Assembly (NCBI GenBank): GCA_965222225.1
Contig: CBDCTK010000002.1
Coordinates: 5,344,001 to 5,408,000, forward strand
Direction: 5' to 3'
DNA from: Candidatus Poribacteria bacterium
GTDB lineage: Bacteria > Poribacteria > WGA-4E > JAJDTR01
DNA: 64,000 bases
Made by a program: the position numbers and the translations under genes. The first letter of the stretch is position 1, and every line of letters begins with the position of its first letter. The notes beneath the pieces are model-generated. The model saw only the letters and a program-made list of their open reading frames with translations. It did no database searches and was not told the DNA's origin. Shown here piece by piece: positions 33,033-43,825 of the stretch.

Positions 33033-33165
33033 CCCTCTCCACTTCTCCCTCTCTCCTTCCCTCCATCCTTCCAATGCCCTCCTTTCCCTCTTCTGTTCTC
33101 TGATAATTCTAGTCTTCCACCCTTCCATCTCTTCCCTTTTTCTTTCTCCCAATCTCCCGCTTGCA
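33033..33165 (+). repeat. Pyrimidine-rich low-complexity tract (CTTCCAT-like units)
   Basis: Nearly G-free tract; similar tracts at ~43475-43520 and ~54720-54760. Confidence 0.6.
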
Positions 33166-33229
33166 TCGGAGAATAGCCTTGACAATCTGGGCACTGCGCA
33201 ATAAAATAATCACGTAGTAGAAGCATTAA

Positions 33230-33469
33230 GAGCCTGATTGAAAAGTACAGGAAAAGTACAGTTTGTAGGGTGCGATCAAAGGAATGAATAATGACTGCGA
33301 TAGAGATCCCCTGCGCACCAGCCTCTAAAAGCCCCAGAGTGGGATCAAGGGAGCGAATAGCCACTGCGATAGAGATTCTACAGGTATGTAGCAGCCAACA
33401 ATGAAAACATGAAAAAACTTTCTACAAATGACCAAAAATGGCTTTGCCGCCGATTATTCAAACAGGTTC
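33230..33469. mobile_element. MITE-like family B copy carrying a REP and two GA-hairpin units
   Basis: TAA|GAGCCTGATTGAA ... TTCAAACAGGTTC|TGA. Confidence 0.65.
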
Positions 33470-33535
33470 TGAGCGGAAGCCGTCATGTTGTATATGGATA
33501 TCGATTCCTAATCCGTATATCGCGGGAGATTACGT

Positions 33536-34555
33536 ATGGATGTGAAGTATACTGTTCTGATGACCGATTACGCATGGCCCTCGGTTGAACCCGAGCGCAA
33601 GGTACTGTCTGAGATCGGAGCAGAACTAATCGTCGCTGAAACGGGGGCTGAAGATGAATTGGTAAGCTTGGCGCCGCAATCCGATGGCATCCTTACATGC
33701 TGGGAGCAGACGACTACCGCCGTCATCAGAGCGGCTGAGCGTTGTCAAGTCATAGGACGTTGCGGCATCGGGCTTGATAACATTGATGTGAATACTGCAA
33801 CCGAGCTTGGAATTGTTGTCACCAATGTGCCGGCATATTGCATTGACGAAGTCTCCGATCACGCGATGGCTCTGTTATTGGCGTGTGCTCGGAAGATTTC
33901 CATCTTTGACCGGGAAGCCAAACGCGGCAGTTGGGTACGAGATGTAGGTCCCCCGGTGTACCGAATTCGCGGCAAAACGCTGGGCATTATGGGGTTCGGC
34001 AAGATTGGGAAAGCCGTAGTGCCGAAAGCGAAAGCCTTCGGACTTGATGTCATTGTCTACTCGCCGAGCCTATCCTCACAGGTTGCGGAATCGTGCGGTG
34101 TCCAAAAAGTTGAACTCCCTGAGTTGCTGATGCAATCCGACTTCATCACGATTCACGCGCCGCTGAATTCTAGGACTGAAAACCTCCTAGGGAAAGAGGA
34201 ATTTCGTCAGATGAAAGAGACTGCTTATGTCATCAACACGTCGCGAGGCGGGATCATTGACACGGCCGCGCTTTGTACGGCCGTACAAAAGGGGTGGATC
34301 GCTGGAGCAGGTTTGGATGTACTGGCTGAAGAACCTCCGGCGCCGGATGAACCGCTGATTGAATTGGATAATATTGTTATTACACCACACGCCGCCTTCG
34401 CATCTGAAGAATCAACATACGACCTTGAGGTGAGTGCTGCACGTGCCGTCGCGGATGTATTGAGTGGGAAAATGCCGGGGTCCGTCGTTAACCGAGAAGT
34501 TTTGGAAAGCCCGCTGCTTCGCGCAAAAGCGCTTGGCGATCAACCGAGTGGATAG
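33536..34555 (+). CDS. D-2-hydroxyacid dehydrogenase (SerA/CtBP-like)
   Basis: GIGLDNID, GIMGFGKIG, INTSRGGII, AGLDV..EP, ITPHAAF. Confidence 0.92.
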   Translation: MDVKYTVLMTDYAWPSVEPERKVLSEIGAELIVAETGAEDELVSLAPQSDGILTCWEQTTTAVIRAAERCQVIGRCGIGLDNIDVNTATELGIVVTNVPAYCIDEVSDHAMALLLACARKISIFDREAKRGSWVRDVGPPVYRIRGKTLGIMGFGKIGKAVVPKAKAFGLDVIVYSPSLSSQVAESCGVQKVELPELLMQSDFITIHAPLNSRTENLLGKEEFRQMKETAYVINTSRGGIIDTAALCTAVQKGWIAGAGLDVLAEEPPAPDEPLIELDNIVITPHAAFASEESTYDLEVSAARAVADVLSGKMPGSVVNREVLESPLLRAKALGDQPSG

Positions 34556-34811
34556 CGAGGGCGATAGAGATTCCCTCAAGCAAGCGAGTGATTAGCGATC
34601 AGCCGAACGAATAGTGAGGGATCAAGTGACTGAACAAGGGGCGCGATAGAGTTCCCATAGTAAATCCCGTGCGATAGAAATTCACTAGCCACTGCCCACT
34701 GCTTTAAGTTGCCATGCTTTCCAGAGTCGAAAACGCGTAATCCGATACCGTATATTTTTAGCGAATAAACCACTAAGTCGAGGTGCAAGGAGAGGTGCAA
34801 GGAGTTGTTAC

Positions 34812-36011
34812 ATGCAGGCATTACCTGATGCAACAGGGCACTTCGGGGAGTTCGGTGGCAGATATGTTCCTGAGACATTGATGCCCGCCCTGTTGGAACT
34901 TGAAGAAGCCTACCGGTCCCTGAGTGCCGATCCGGAGTTTCAAAAAGAATTTGAATACTATCTGCGAGAATACGTCGGTAGACCCAATCCGCTCTATTAC
35001 GCCGAGCGGTTGACCGAGGAACTCGGCGGGGCAAAAATCTACCTCAAACGAGAAGATCTCAACCATACCGGCGCGCACAAAATCAACAATACGATTGGAC
35101 AAATTCTGCTCGCGCGTCGGATGGGCAAAAAACGAATAATAGCGGAGACCGGAGCGGGACAACACGGCGTCGCGACTGCCACAGTGACAGCGAAATTCAA
35201 TATGGAATGCGAAGTTTACATGGGCGAGGAGGATATAGAACGCCAGGCGCTCAATGTGTTTCGCATGCGCCTCATGGGTGCAAAAGTAACTCCTGTAAAT
35301 TCCGGTTCTCGAACCCTAAAGGACGCGATTAACGCCTCATTCCGCGACTGGGTGACAAACGTCCGAACGACCTATCTCCTCATCGGCTCCGTCGTGGGAG
35401 CGCACCCCTACCCGATGATTGTTCGGGAGTTCCAATCCGTAATCGGGGTTGAAACCAGGACACAAATACTTGAGAAAGAGGGACGGTTACCGGATTGTGT
35501 CGTCGCAAGCGTGGGCGGCGGCAGTAACTCGATCGGTATGTTCTATCCGTTCTACGAAGATGAGAGCGTGGAAATGATAGGCGTCGAAGCCGCCGGTGAG
35601 AGCATACTGAGCGGCAGGCATGCCGCCTCATTGAGCGAAGGCAGCATCGGGGTGTTCCACGGTGCAAAATGTTATCTGTTACAGGAAGACGATGGACAGA
35701 TAACCCCGGCGCATTCGATTTCCGCGGGACTTGACTATCCGGGAGTTGGTCCTGAACATAGCTATTACAAGGCGAGTGGAAGGGCTAATTATGTTTCAAT
35801 TACTGATGATGAAGCCGTAGACGGATTCAAATTGTTGTCGGAATTGGAAGGCATTATCCCGGCGCTTGAGGCCGCGCATGCAATTGCACATGTTCAAAAA
35901 ATCGCTCCGATGATGGATCGAGATGCCATTATTGTAGTCTGCCTCTCCGGGCGTGGTGACAAAGACGTTGGAGGGGAAATGGGCTCCGCGCCGCTTGCTC
36001 TCAGTCATTAA
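34812..36011 (+). CDS. trpB: Tryptophan synthase beta chain
   Basis: [49 protein letters not shown]. Confidence 0.98.
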   Translation: MQALPDATGHFGEFGGRYVPETLMPALLELEEAYRSLSADPEFQKEFEYYLREYVGRPNPLYYAERLTEELGGAKIYLKREDLNHTGAHKINNTIGQILLARRMGKKRIIAETGAGQHGVATATVTAKFNMECEVYMGEEDIERQALNVFRMRLMGAKVTPVNSGSRTLKDAINASFRDWVTNVRTTYLLIGSVVGAHPYPMIVREFQSVIGVETRTQILEKEGRLPDCVVASVGGGSNSIGMFYPFYEDESVEMIGVEAAGESILSGRHAASLSEGSIGVFHGAKCYLLQEDDGQITPAHSISAGLDYPGVGPEHSYYKASGRANYVSITDDEAVDGFKLLSELEGIIPALEAAHAIAHVQKIAPMMDRDAIIVVCLSGRGDKDVGGEMGSAPLALSH

Positions 36012-36452
36012 AACCTGCCAAGAACCATCAGCCGTGTAGGAGCGACCTCCTGGTCGCGATTCCTTGCGGAATCGACAATCGTCAAATCACCGATTTCCCT
36101 TCTTCTCTTTCTTTGTAGGGATCAACCGACCGAATAGGATCAAGCGAGCGATTAGCGAGTGCGATAGAGATCTTAAGGCGATAGAAATCCCTGCGCAAAT
36201 CTGCGTTCCCTACTCTCACACACCATCGCTTTTACTAGCCACAGCCCACGTTTACCGATATCCGCTCTTCTCTTTTTGCCTCCTCATTCATCGCATCTCC
36301 GTCTCAAGCGAAGTTAAGAGCACTCTCACACCCCATAATCAGATGAAACCTCCCTCGTAGCGTCCTACATCTCGCTTGCTTTTGGAATGCCCTAGTGCTA
36401 TAATTGCCAAAATTGAAATGGCGTCAAATCCTAACTCGTTAAGGAAATCAAC

Positions 36453-37133
36453 ATGCAAATCAATTTTCAGAGCGTCATCGATCTCTCCTACCAGATTGAC
36501 GAAAACAGTCCGCGAGAGCTGCCAATTGACCCCGTGCGTATTTACGATACCGCAACGCTGGAGAAAGACGGCTACTTTGAAAGCCGCGTCGATCTGTCCG
36601 GTCACTGCGCGACGCACATTGACGCCCCTTGCCTGATGTATACGGATGGTTTCACCGTGGCGGACATCCCGAAGGACAAGCTTACCGGGAATGCGGTGCT
36701 CATGGACCTCTCCGACACGAAGAAACCGACCGATGCCGTGACATCGGAAGATATTGAGATGTGGATAACTGCAAATGTAGAAATCCCGAATGACAGTATC
36801 GTATTCATGCGCACGGGAATGGATACGTACGCCTATCAAGATATTTTCAATCGAGGCTGGATCGGGTTCAGCGAAGATGCAGCCGAACTCTTGGTCGAAA
36901 AAGGTATCAAGCTGATTGGGACAGATGCGTGCAGCATTGATTCAATGGCGGGACATCCACCGCAACATGATGGATTGCCGCCCGCTCACCTCGTTTTTCT
37001 TGGCGCCGGAGTTCCACAGGTTGAAGATCTCTGCAATTTGAGTCTATTGCCCACGCAATTCTTCGCGGTAGTTGCCCCTATGAAGTTGGCGCGAAGTTCG
37101 GGCGCTCCAACACGCGTCTTGGCTTTTGTATAA
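36453..37133 (+). CDS. Cyclase family protein (kynurenine formamidase-like)
   Basis: HCATHIDAP, G.D..SID, H..FL, P.KL..SSGAP.RV. Confidence 0.88.
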   Translation: MQINFQSVIDLSYQIDENSPRELPIDPVRIYDTATLEKDGYFESRVDLSGHCATHIDAPCLMYTDGFTVADIPKDKLTGNAVLMDLSDTKKPTDAVTSEDIEMWITANVEIPNDSIVFMRTGMDTYAYQDIFNRGWIGFSEDAAELLVEKGIKLIGTDACSIDSMAGHPPQHDGLPPAHLVFLGAGVPQVEDLCNLSLLPTQFFAVVAPMKLARSSGAPTRVLAFV

Positions 37134-37249
37134 ATTTCGGTGGCGCGGCGTTTCTTGCAGTCCGATTGTGGGAATTCTGCCGCTTGCCGCGATACCCGCA
37201 TCCTGAGGATAACCGCGTGTCTGCGAGGGATAGTTGAACGGGCTAGAAT

Positions 37250-38776
37250 ATGGGGGACCAAGTCCTAACCGATCAGTCAAACCTCCCGTGTGAAACTCTT
37301 GATTTGCTGAGAGAGATTGGTGGCAAAACGCGGTTGCCCATCTGCCTCGTCGGCGGTTTTGTCCGCGACCTTCTGCTCGGGCGCGAGATTCTCGACCTAG
37401 ACATTGTCGTAGAGGGTGATGCAATCCGCTTTGCCCGAGAACTGGGAGAAAGTTGGGGTTGGGAAGTAAGAGCGCACCATCATTTCGGCACTGCGACGTT
37501 GATTCAACCTACGCGATCCAAAATTGACTTCGCCAGCGCTCGTAGCGAAACTTATGAGCATCCGGGTGCGTTACCATTAGTTAGCCTCGGCACAATTGAA
37601 GACGACCTGCGCCGACGCGATTTTTCGATTAATGCCCTCGCCATTCGTTTGAACTCTGACGGTTTCGGGGTGCTTATTGATTGCTTCGACGGAGTTAAAG
37701 ATCTTCAAGCCGGACGGATTCGTGCGCTCCATTCTGAGAGCTTCTTTGACGATCCGACCCGCGTCTTTCGGGCGGTAAGATATGAAGGACGCTACGGTTT
37801 CCAAATTGAGGCGAAAGATCTAGCGCGTATTCATGGGGTACTCCATCAAGGTGTATTAGACCGGATTAGCGGCGAGCGCATTCGGAACGAAATCAATCGT
37901 ATCTTGGCGGAAGACGCCGTACCGCGCATCGTTCAACGGTTGCTTGAATTTGACGTATTTCGGGCAATTCATCCGGAATGGGAGTTACCGCTAGATTTTG
38001 GCGCCGTTTGGGCTGCGGTTCGAAAGGCAATTGATTGGGCATTGACGAACCTCCCCGATGAACAGATTGACGGAAAACAGATGGGGTGGATGTCACTGCT
38101 GGGAGTGGTCAATTGGACTGGATCCCACTCCTGTCATGAGGCTACGCCAACTTATGTAATCCAAGCAATCACCGATAGGCTGGTCTTGCCTCATCGTCTC
38201 CGCAGACTATTCCAAACGGAGGCTGACCTGCAAAAAGATTTGGCTGAAGGAAAAATCTCGGGGAAGGTGCTAGAAACGCTAGAAAGAAAAGACCTCTCGC
38301 TTTCCCGGAACGCCACAATTCGAGGGGGGAAAAACAGATGGCTAATCTCCGACGCATGCAATAAGAAAACCTTTGCAATCAGAAAAGAGAACCAAGGTCT
38401 CTATGTTTGTGAAATTCAGACGGAATTGACTGCTAGTCAACACTTGTGCAAAGCTCTTGGCAGGTTATCCCCCGATTCCAAGCCAAGCGAAGTATATCAC
38501 CTGTTGAAGCCTTACGCTGTTGAGGCACTGGTGTTCACTCTGATGCAGCCGGAGCAACCTAAATGGCGAGCGGAAAAAATTGAGGGTTATTTGATTAATT
38601 TGCGCAAGATTGAGCCGTTAATCTGTGGAGACGATTTGATTCAGATCGGGCTGCAACCGGGAAAAGCGTTTACAAATCTCATCTCCAAGGCATTCGAAGC
38701 CCAGTTGGATGGCGAGATTTCCACAAAACAGGAGGCCTACGAGTTTCTAGGCTTTAATGATGCTCAATCCATTTGA
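37250..38776 (+). CDS. CCA-adding/poly(A) polymerase-family tRNA nucleotidyltransferase with internal insertion
   Basis: VGGFVRDLLLG..DLDIVV, DDLRRRDFSINA, SF.DDPTR..RA.RY. Confidence 0.9.
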   Translation: MGDQVLTDQSNLPCETLDLLREIGGKTRLPICLVGGFVRDLLLGREILDLDIVVEGDAIRFARELGESWGWEVRAHHHFGTATLIQPTRSKIDFASARSETYEHPGALPLVSLGTIEDDLRRRDFSINALAIRLNSDGFGVLIDCFDGVKDLQAGRIRALHSESFFDDPTRVFRAVRYEGRYGFQIEAKDLARIHGVLHQGVLDRISGERIRNEINRILAEDAVPRIVQRLLEFDVFRAIHPEWELPLDFGAVWAAVRKAIDWALTNLPDEQIDGKQMGWMSLLGVVNWTGSHSCHEATPTYVIQAITDRLVLPHRLRRLFQTEADLQKDLAEGKISGKVLETLERKDLSLSRNATIRGGKNRWLISDACNKKTFAIRKENQGLYVCEIQTELTASQHLCKALGRLSPDSKPSEVYHLLKPYAVEALVFTLMQPEQPKWRAEKIEGYLINLRKIEPLICGDDLIQIGLQPGKAFTNLISKAFEAQLDGEISTKQEAYEFLGFNDAQSI

Positions 38777-39443
38777 GGCAATCCCGCGTATAATCTTTGA
38801 GGCCGTCCTTCTTGTAATTCAATTCATCATCCTGTTGACTTTCCACGAGTGGGGGCACGCGAAAGCGGCGCTCATGCTAGGAGATCCGACAGCCAGAGAC
38901 GAAGAGCGGCTGACGCTCAACCCGGCAGCCCACATCGACATACTCGGAACGGTTATACTGCCACTAGTCGGCTTGCTTTCCAATAGTATGTTCTTCGGAT
39001 GGGCAAAGCCGGTTCCGGTCGACTCGCGTAATTTGAAGAATCCCAAGCGAGACCTGATGATCATCGCCGCAGCGGGTCCCCTGATGAACATCATCTGCAC
39101 TTTCGTGATTTTGCTTGTGGTCAAACTGCTTGTAGAATTTGTCGGCATTTCTATACACCGTGAAGTCCAAAATCAATTGGAACTGCCTGCTAGAATTAGC
39201 GTGATTCTTGCGGTTTTCAACATGCTCCCCCTATTTCCTCTGGATGGGTTCAGTGTGGTTTATGGGCTATTACCTTGGAAACAGGCGCAGGCGTTTGACA
39301 AGCTACGCCCTTATGGAATGATGATTCTGCTTGGGATAATTTTTCTCCCCAATCTGTTGAGAATCCCTAACCCGGTCTTTATTATAATTCATTTCGCGTC
39401 TTTCGGAATTTTCGATCTGTTTCACTCACTCGTTGGCCTCTGA
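38757..39443 (+). CDS. Site-2 protease (M50) family protein
   Basis: HEWGH, GWAKPVP, AAGP..N, FNMLPLFPLDG. Confidence 0.93.
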   Translation: MMLNPFEAIPRIIFEAVLLVIQFIILLTFHEWGHAKAALMLGDPTARDEERLTLNPAAHIDILGTVILPLVGLLSNSMFFGWAKPVPVDSRNLKNPKRDLMIIAAAGPLMNIICTFVILLVVKLLVEFVGISIHREVQNQLELPARISVILAVFNMLPLFPLDGFSVVYGLLPWKQAQAFDKLRPYGMMILLGIIFLPNLLRIPNPVFIIIHFASFGIFDLFHSLVGL

Positions 39444-39737
39444 AAACAGAATCAGAATGAGATAATGGTTTAGTTCAGTCAATAGAACCAGTCTGTAATT
39501 GGATTAAATCTATTAGGATTAGCGCACTGTGGTTTGTAATAGTGCAATTCATTGCATGTCCGGCGCGGACATTTGACAACCCGATTCATCGGGATTAGCA
39601 TTGTCCTTCTCTTCTCGGCGCGCTCCCTAACTGCTCGGTCTGGATTGGCAAATCTAAACCGCGAATCTGCCCTAAATTTTCGAAAACCGCCACGCGAAAA
39701 TCATTCTGTACACGCTATAATACCACGTACTGAATTT

Positions 39738-40499
39738 ATGCAGCCATTACCGATGGACTCCCATCCCCAATCCACAGACTCGATATACTCCATCAAACTC
39801 GATATTTTTGAAGGACCGCTGGATCTGCTGCTTCACCTGATTCAGAAGGACGAGATGGATGTTAGAGATATTCGTATTGCCGAGATTACGGAACGTTATT
39901 TGGAGTGGCTGAATCTTATGGAGCAACTGGATCTGGATGTTGCTTCGGAATTTCTGGTAATGGCGGCGACGCTGCTCTATCTCAAATCACAGAGTATTCT
40001 TCCATCCGCAACCGATCAGGATACGTTGCCAATCAAAAATCGAGAGGAGCTTGTTAAGCAACTCTTGGATTACAAGCAGTTCAAGGAAGCATCGCAAGTG
40101 CTGAATCGCTATGCCGAAGAGCATGAACAAATTTACGGACGAAGTGTTGATTCTGGTGTCGAACTGGGAGACTTGCGCGAGTTTGAGATTAAAGCAACCC
40201 TCTTTGATCTGTTATCGGCGTTTCAGCGAACCACCGAGAGGTTGCAATTTATTGATGATGATGCTTACGAGGAAATTAACGAAGAGCAAATAACCGTTGA
40301 GGAAAAGATGGAGTTCTTGGTACGCATATTGAAGGAATCCGAACAGGTGCCGTTTGAAGATCTTTTCTCCGATTTTGCAACCAAAGTCGAACAAATTGTG
40401 ACATTCTTGGCAATCTTGGAGCTGATTCGCCTGAAACGTATCATTGCCATTCAATCGGGGCAGTTTGGTCAAATATACATCGTAAGGCGCGAGGGCTGA
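39738..40499 (+). CDS. scpA: Segregation and condensation protein A
   Basis: FEGPLDLLLHLI, ASEFLVMAATLL..KS, TFLAILEL. Confidence 0.95.
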   Translation: MQPLPMDSHPQSTDSIYSIKLDIFEGPLDLLLHLIQKDEMDVRDIRIAEITERYLEWLNLMEQLDLDVASEFLVMAATLLYLKSQSILPSATDQDTLPIKNREELVKQLLDYKQFKEASQVLNRYAEEHEQIYGRSVDSGVELGDLREFEIKATLFDLLSAFQRTTERLQFIDDDAYEEINEEQITVEEKMEFLVRILKESEQVPFEDLFSDFATKVEQIVTFLAILELIRLKRIIAIQSGQFGQIYIVRREG

Positions 40500-40563
40500 G
40501 TCACAAACCGTACGGGGTTCAAGATTAAAAATCAGCCCCAACTCCCTATCAAGTATTACTGTC

Positions 40564-41151
40564 ATGATCGAAAATTCCCCCACTCCTCCCCAGGAATCTT
40601 CCTTGAGTCCAACCCAAATCAAATCAATCCTTGAAGCGATTCTCTTCGTCGCCAACGAACCAATATCGATAAAGCAATTTACTCAAGTCTTTGGAAACGT
40701 TTCAACACACGACATCCGCGAGCAACTGATGGCGCTTGAAAATGACTATCAAGCTGAAAACCGCAGTTTCCAGCTTATCGAAATTGCCAACGGTTTTCAG
40801 GTGTGTTCACGCCCTGAATACCGTGACTGGATTGAGAAATTCTATACACGTCAGGTTCGTGTCCGACTTTCGCCTCCGGCGCTTGAAACCCTTGCCATCG
40901 TCGCGTATAAGCAGCCCGTTACACGGACGGAAGTGGAAGAAATTCGAGGTGTGAACAGTGACAGCGTTGTAAATTCACTTATTCAGAAAGGGTTGATACG
41001 CATCTCGGGGCGAAAACCTGGACAAGGTCGGTCTCTCCTTTTCTCCACCACGGATAAATTCTTGGAGCAATTTGGGCTAAAAAATCTCTCCGAACTGCCG
41101 TCTATGGAAGAGATTGAGGAGATTCTACATGAAGTGCAAAACGAAGAATAG
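40564..41151 (+). CDS. scpB: Segregation and condensation protein B
   Basis: LEAILF, LSPPALETLAIVAYKQPVTR..IRGV, FL..FGL..L.ELP. Confidence 0.95.
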   Translation: MIENSPTPPQESSLSPTQIKSILEAILFVANEPISIKQFTQVFGNVSTHDIREQLMALENDYQAENRSFQLIEIANGFQVCSRPEYRDWIEKFYTRQVRVRLSPPALETLAIVAYKQPVTRTEVEEIRGVNSDSVVNSLIQKGLIRISGRKPGQGRSLLFSTTDKFLEQFGLKNLSELPSMEEIEEILHEVQNEE

Positions 41152-41238
41152 GAATAGCAACGGGTGGTAACCAAAAATGGGAGTACGGAAAATTCGGGAT
41201 CTCATGCTATAAACGAAATCTGGGAGCGGAAATAAGAA

Positions 41239-42573
41239 ATGAAATATGATGCATGGTTTCAATGCAGTAGCGGGTGCGACGAGCAACATTCGCTTCACGA
41301 GGTGATTTATCGTTGCACTCGCTGCGAAGGGCTACTGGAAGTCAAACACGATATTGAATCCCTGAAACGTCGAAGCCCGGCTGCTTGGATTGAACTTTTC
41401 GAAAGGCGCTACATGGGAACGCAATACCCCTACGGCAGCGGTGTCTGGGGGAAGAAAGAGCTCGTTTGTCCAAGTATTGATGATGAGAACATTGTCTCGA
41501 TGTTCGAGGGAGGTACCAACCTTTTCTGGGCGACACGGTTCGGAAAGGAAATTGGGGTCTCCGACCTATGGATTAAGCAATGTGGCATCAGTCATACCGG
41601 CTCCTTCAAGGATCTGGGAATGACGGTGCTGGTTTCTATGGTCAAACAGATTGTCGCGAACGGTACCGACATTCGCGCTGTTCTCTGTGCCTCTAGCGGT
41701 GACACTTCTGCCGCACTCGCCGCTTATGCCGCAGCGGCGGGAATCCCCGCGATAATCCTTTTGCCGCAAGCGAAAGTCTCGCCCGCGCAGCTCTTCCAGC
41801 CGCTTGCCAACGGAGCAATTACACTTTCCCTCAAAACCGATTTTGATGGCTGCATGGCAATAGTTCAAAAACTGAGCGTGCGTCCGGATTTTTATCTTGC
41901 CAACTCTATAAATTCTCTCCGAATCGAAGGACAGAAGACGATTAGCATCGAAATTGTCCAACAATTCGATTGGGAGGTGCCAGACTGGGTAATAATTCCG
42001 GGAGGGAATCTGGGAAATGTGACGGCTTTAGGACTCGGGTTTCTGATGATGCGGGATCTCGGGATTATCAACGACCTGCCGCGGATTGTTTGTGCGCAGT
42101 CCGCCAAAGCCAATCCCCTGTATCAAAGTTATCTCGGAGACTTCAGTGAATTCAAACCGATGGCTGCACAGCCAACCGTAGCCAACGCAATCCAGATTGG
42201 AAATCCTGTTTCCGCCAAGAGAGCGATAAACATCCTGAAACGATTCAATGGAATCGTGGAACAAGCGACGGAGGACGAGTTGGCGAACGCCGCTGCAAGA
42301 GCGGATCGAACAGGGCTATTCAACTGCCCGCATACGGGTGTGGCGCTCGCCGCCCTTCTGAAACTCGTTGAGAGAAAGGTAATCCGATCTGACGAACGCG
42401 TGGTTGTAATCTCGACGGCAAACGGCCTAAAATTCCCCGATTTTAAAATTCAATATCATAACGGTGAATTGGACGAAGTTAATCCTCAATATGTAAATAT
42501 TCCACTGGGACTTGAGCCAGACTACGACCAAATAATGAAGGCGATTGATGTTTGTTTGGCGAAAGCGGAGTAA
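41239..42573 (+). CDS. thrC: Threonine synthase
   Basis: [37 protein letters not shown]. Confidence 0.93.
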   Translation: MKYDAWFQCSSGCDEQHSLHEVIYRCTRCEGLLEVKHDIESLKRRSPAAWIELFERRYMGTQYPYGSGVWGKKELVCPSIDDENIVSMFEGGTNLFWATRFGKEIGVSDLWIKQCGISHTGSFKDLGMTVLVSMVKQIVANGTDIRAVLCASSGDTSAALAAYAAAAGIPAIILLPQAKVSPAQLFQPLANGAITLSLKTDFDGCMAIVQKLSVRPDFYLANSINSLRIEGQKTISIEIVQQFDWEVPDWVIIPGGNLGNVTALGLGFLMMRDLGIINDLPRIVCAQSAKANPLYQSYLGDFSEFKPMAAQPTVANAIQIGNPVSAKRAINILKRFNGIVEQATEDELANAAARADRTGLFNCPHTGVALAALLKLVERKVIRSDERVVVISTANGLKFPDFKIQYHNGELDEVNPQYVNIPLGLEPDYDQIMKAIDVCLAKAE

Positions 42574-42774
42574 GGACCTGTTTGAAGATCTAGTTGGAGT
42601 AGGGTGCGCACTGTGTTCAAGCGAGTGGATAACGAGTGCGACGGAGATTTCTATTCAATCATCAAATCGAAAATGGGATCTTGACAGGCGATAGCAGGTG
42701 ACAACAGAAACATGAAAAAAGCCCCTCCTCAAATGACCAAAAATGGCCTTGTCACCTATTATTCAAACATACTC
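42574..42774. mobile_element. MITE-like family B copy abutting the thrC stop codon
   Basis: TAA|GGACCTGTTTGAA ... TTCAAACATACTC. Confidence 0.55.
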
Positions 42775-42779
42775 AGAGA

Positions 42780-43340
42780 CTACGGCGAGTTTTTCAGTTT
42801 ATTTCCGAACTCTTTCTTTAATTTCTCCAGCTTGGGATTAATGGCAATCTGGCAATACGGTTGATATGAGTTTAGGGCATAATAATTCTGGTGATATTCT
42901 TCCGCAACGTAGAATTCGGCGGCGGGCACAATCTCGGTAACAATCGGATTCTGCCACAATCCTGCAGCGTCCGTCTCCCGTTTGGAATTTTCCGCGCCTG
43001 TTTTCTGTTTTTCATTGTGATAGATAATCGCCGAGCGGTACTGTGTACCGACATCTGCGCCTTGCCGATTCAAAGTAGTCGGATCGTGCGTTCGCCAGAA
43101 GACGTGGAGTAAGTCCGAGAAGGATATAACCCCGGGATCAAATGTGATTTGTACCACCTCTGCATGACCGGTCATTCCTGTACAAACCTGTTGATACGAC
43201 GGGTTTTGAACCGTACCCCCGGCATATCCGGAGATAACTTCATGCACACCCTTCAATTCTAGAAAAACCGCTTCAACGCACCAAAAACACCCGGCCCCGA
43301 GCGTTGTCGCCTCCAACTGATCTGACATTGTCTTCATCAT
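42780..43340 (-). CDS. msrA: Peptide-methionine (S)-S-oxide reductase
   Basis: GAGCFWCVE, TGHAEVV, DPTTLNRQG.DVGTQYRS, AEEYHQNYY. Confidence 0.97.
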   Translation of the reverse strand: MMKTMSDQLEATTLGAGCFWCVEAVFLELKGVHEVISGYAGGTVQNPSYQQVCTGMTGHAEVVQITFDPGVISFSDLLHVFWRTHDPTTLNRQGADVGTQYRSAIIYHNEKQKTGAENSKRETDAAGLWQNPIVTEIVPAAEFYVAEEYHQNYYALNSYQPYCQIAINPKLEKLKKEFGNKLKNSP

Positions 43341-43594
43341 CCTTCCACTTCACATCCCGAATATCCTGTTTGAAATTCAATTTGGAATAGCCCGAATTGC
43401 TCCGAAACCGAGTATTTTCCTGAAAAGAGATCTCTATCGCACTCCTTATTCAGTCGCTTGATCGGTTGCTACATCCCTTCCATTCTTCCCATCTTCCATC
43501 CTTCTCCATTCTCTTTTCTATTGAACTCCAAATCCATCTCTGTTAAAATTCACGCAGTCGTCTTGTATAATGAATACACACCAGCTTGTTACTA

Positions 43595-43825
43595 ATACCA
43601 TTTCGCTTGAATAATAGTGCATATGATGTTTTGATTATATCATTCACTTTCTCCGTAGGCGGGGATCAAACGAGTGAACAACGATCAACTGAGTGATTAA
43701 CGAAGGCGATAGAGATCCCCTTGCCCCGCCGACTTTGCGCGGAGATAAGACTTCCTACTCTGCCCATACAATTTTCTTTACTTAATCCGCGTAATCAATG
43801 CACTTGAATTTTAGAGAAGTGGTAT
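43595..43825. mobile_element. MITE-like family C (ATACCA-N15-AGTGCAT ... ATGCACT-N15-TGGTAT)
   Basis: Inverted ends with identical 15-nt spacing; further right ends at 15856-15883 and 54534-54561. Confidence 0.6.

Noticed and set aside
33274-33378. The unit as a minus-strand peptide repeat (GISIAVIIHSFD-like, seen in several short ORFs)
   Set aside because: Variation is explained by base-pair covariation rather than synonymous codon change (residues vary L/P/T/A, H/R/Q), and the ORFs lack consistent starts and frames.
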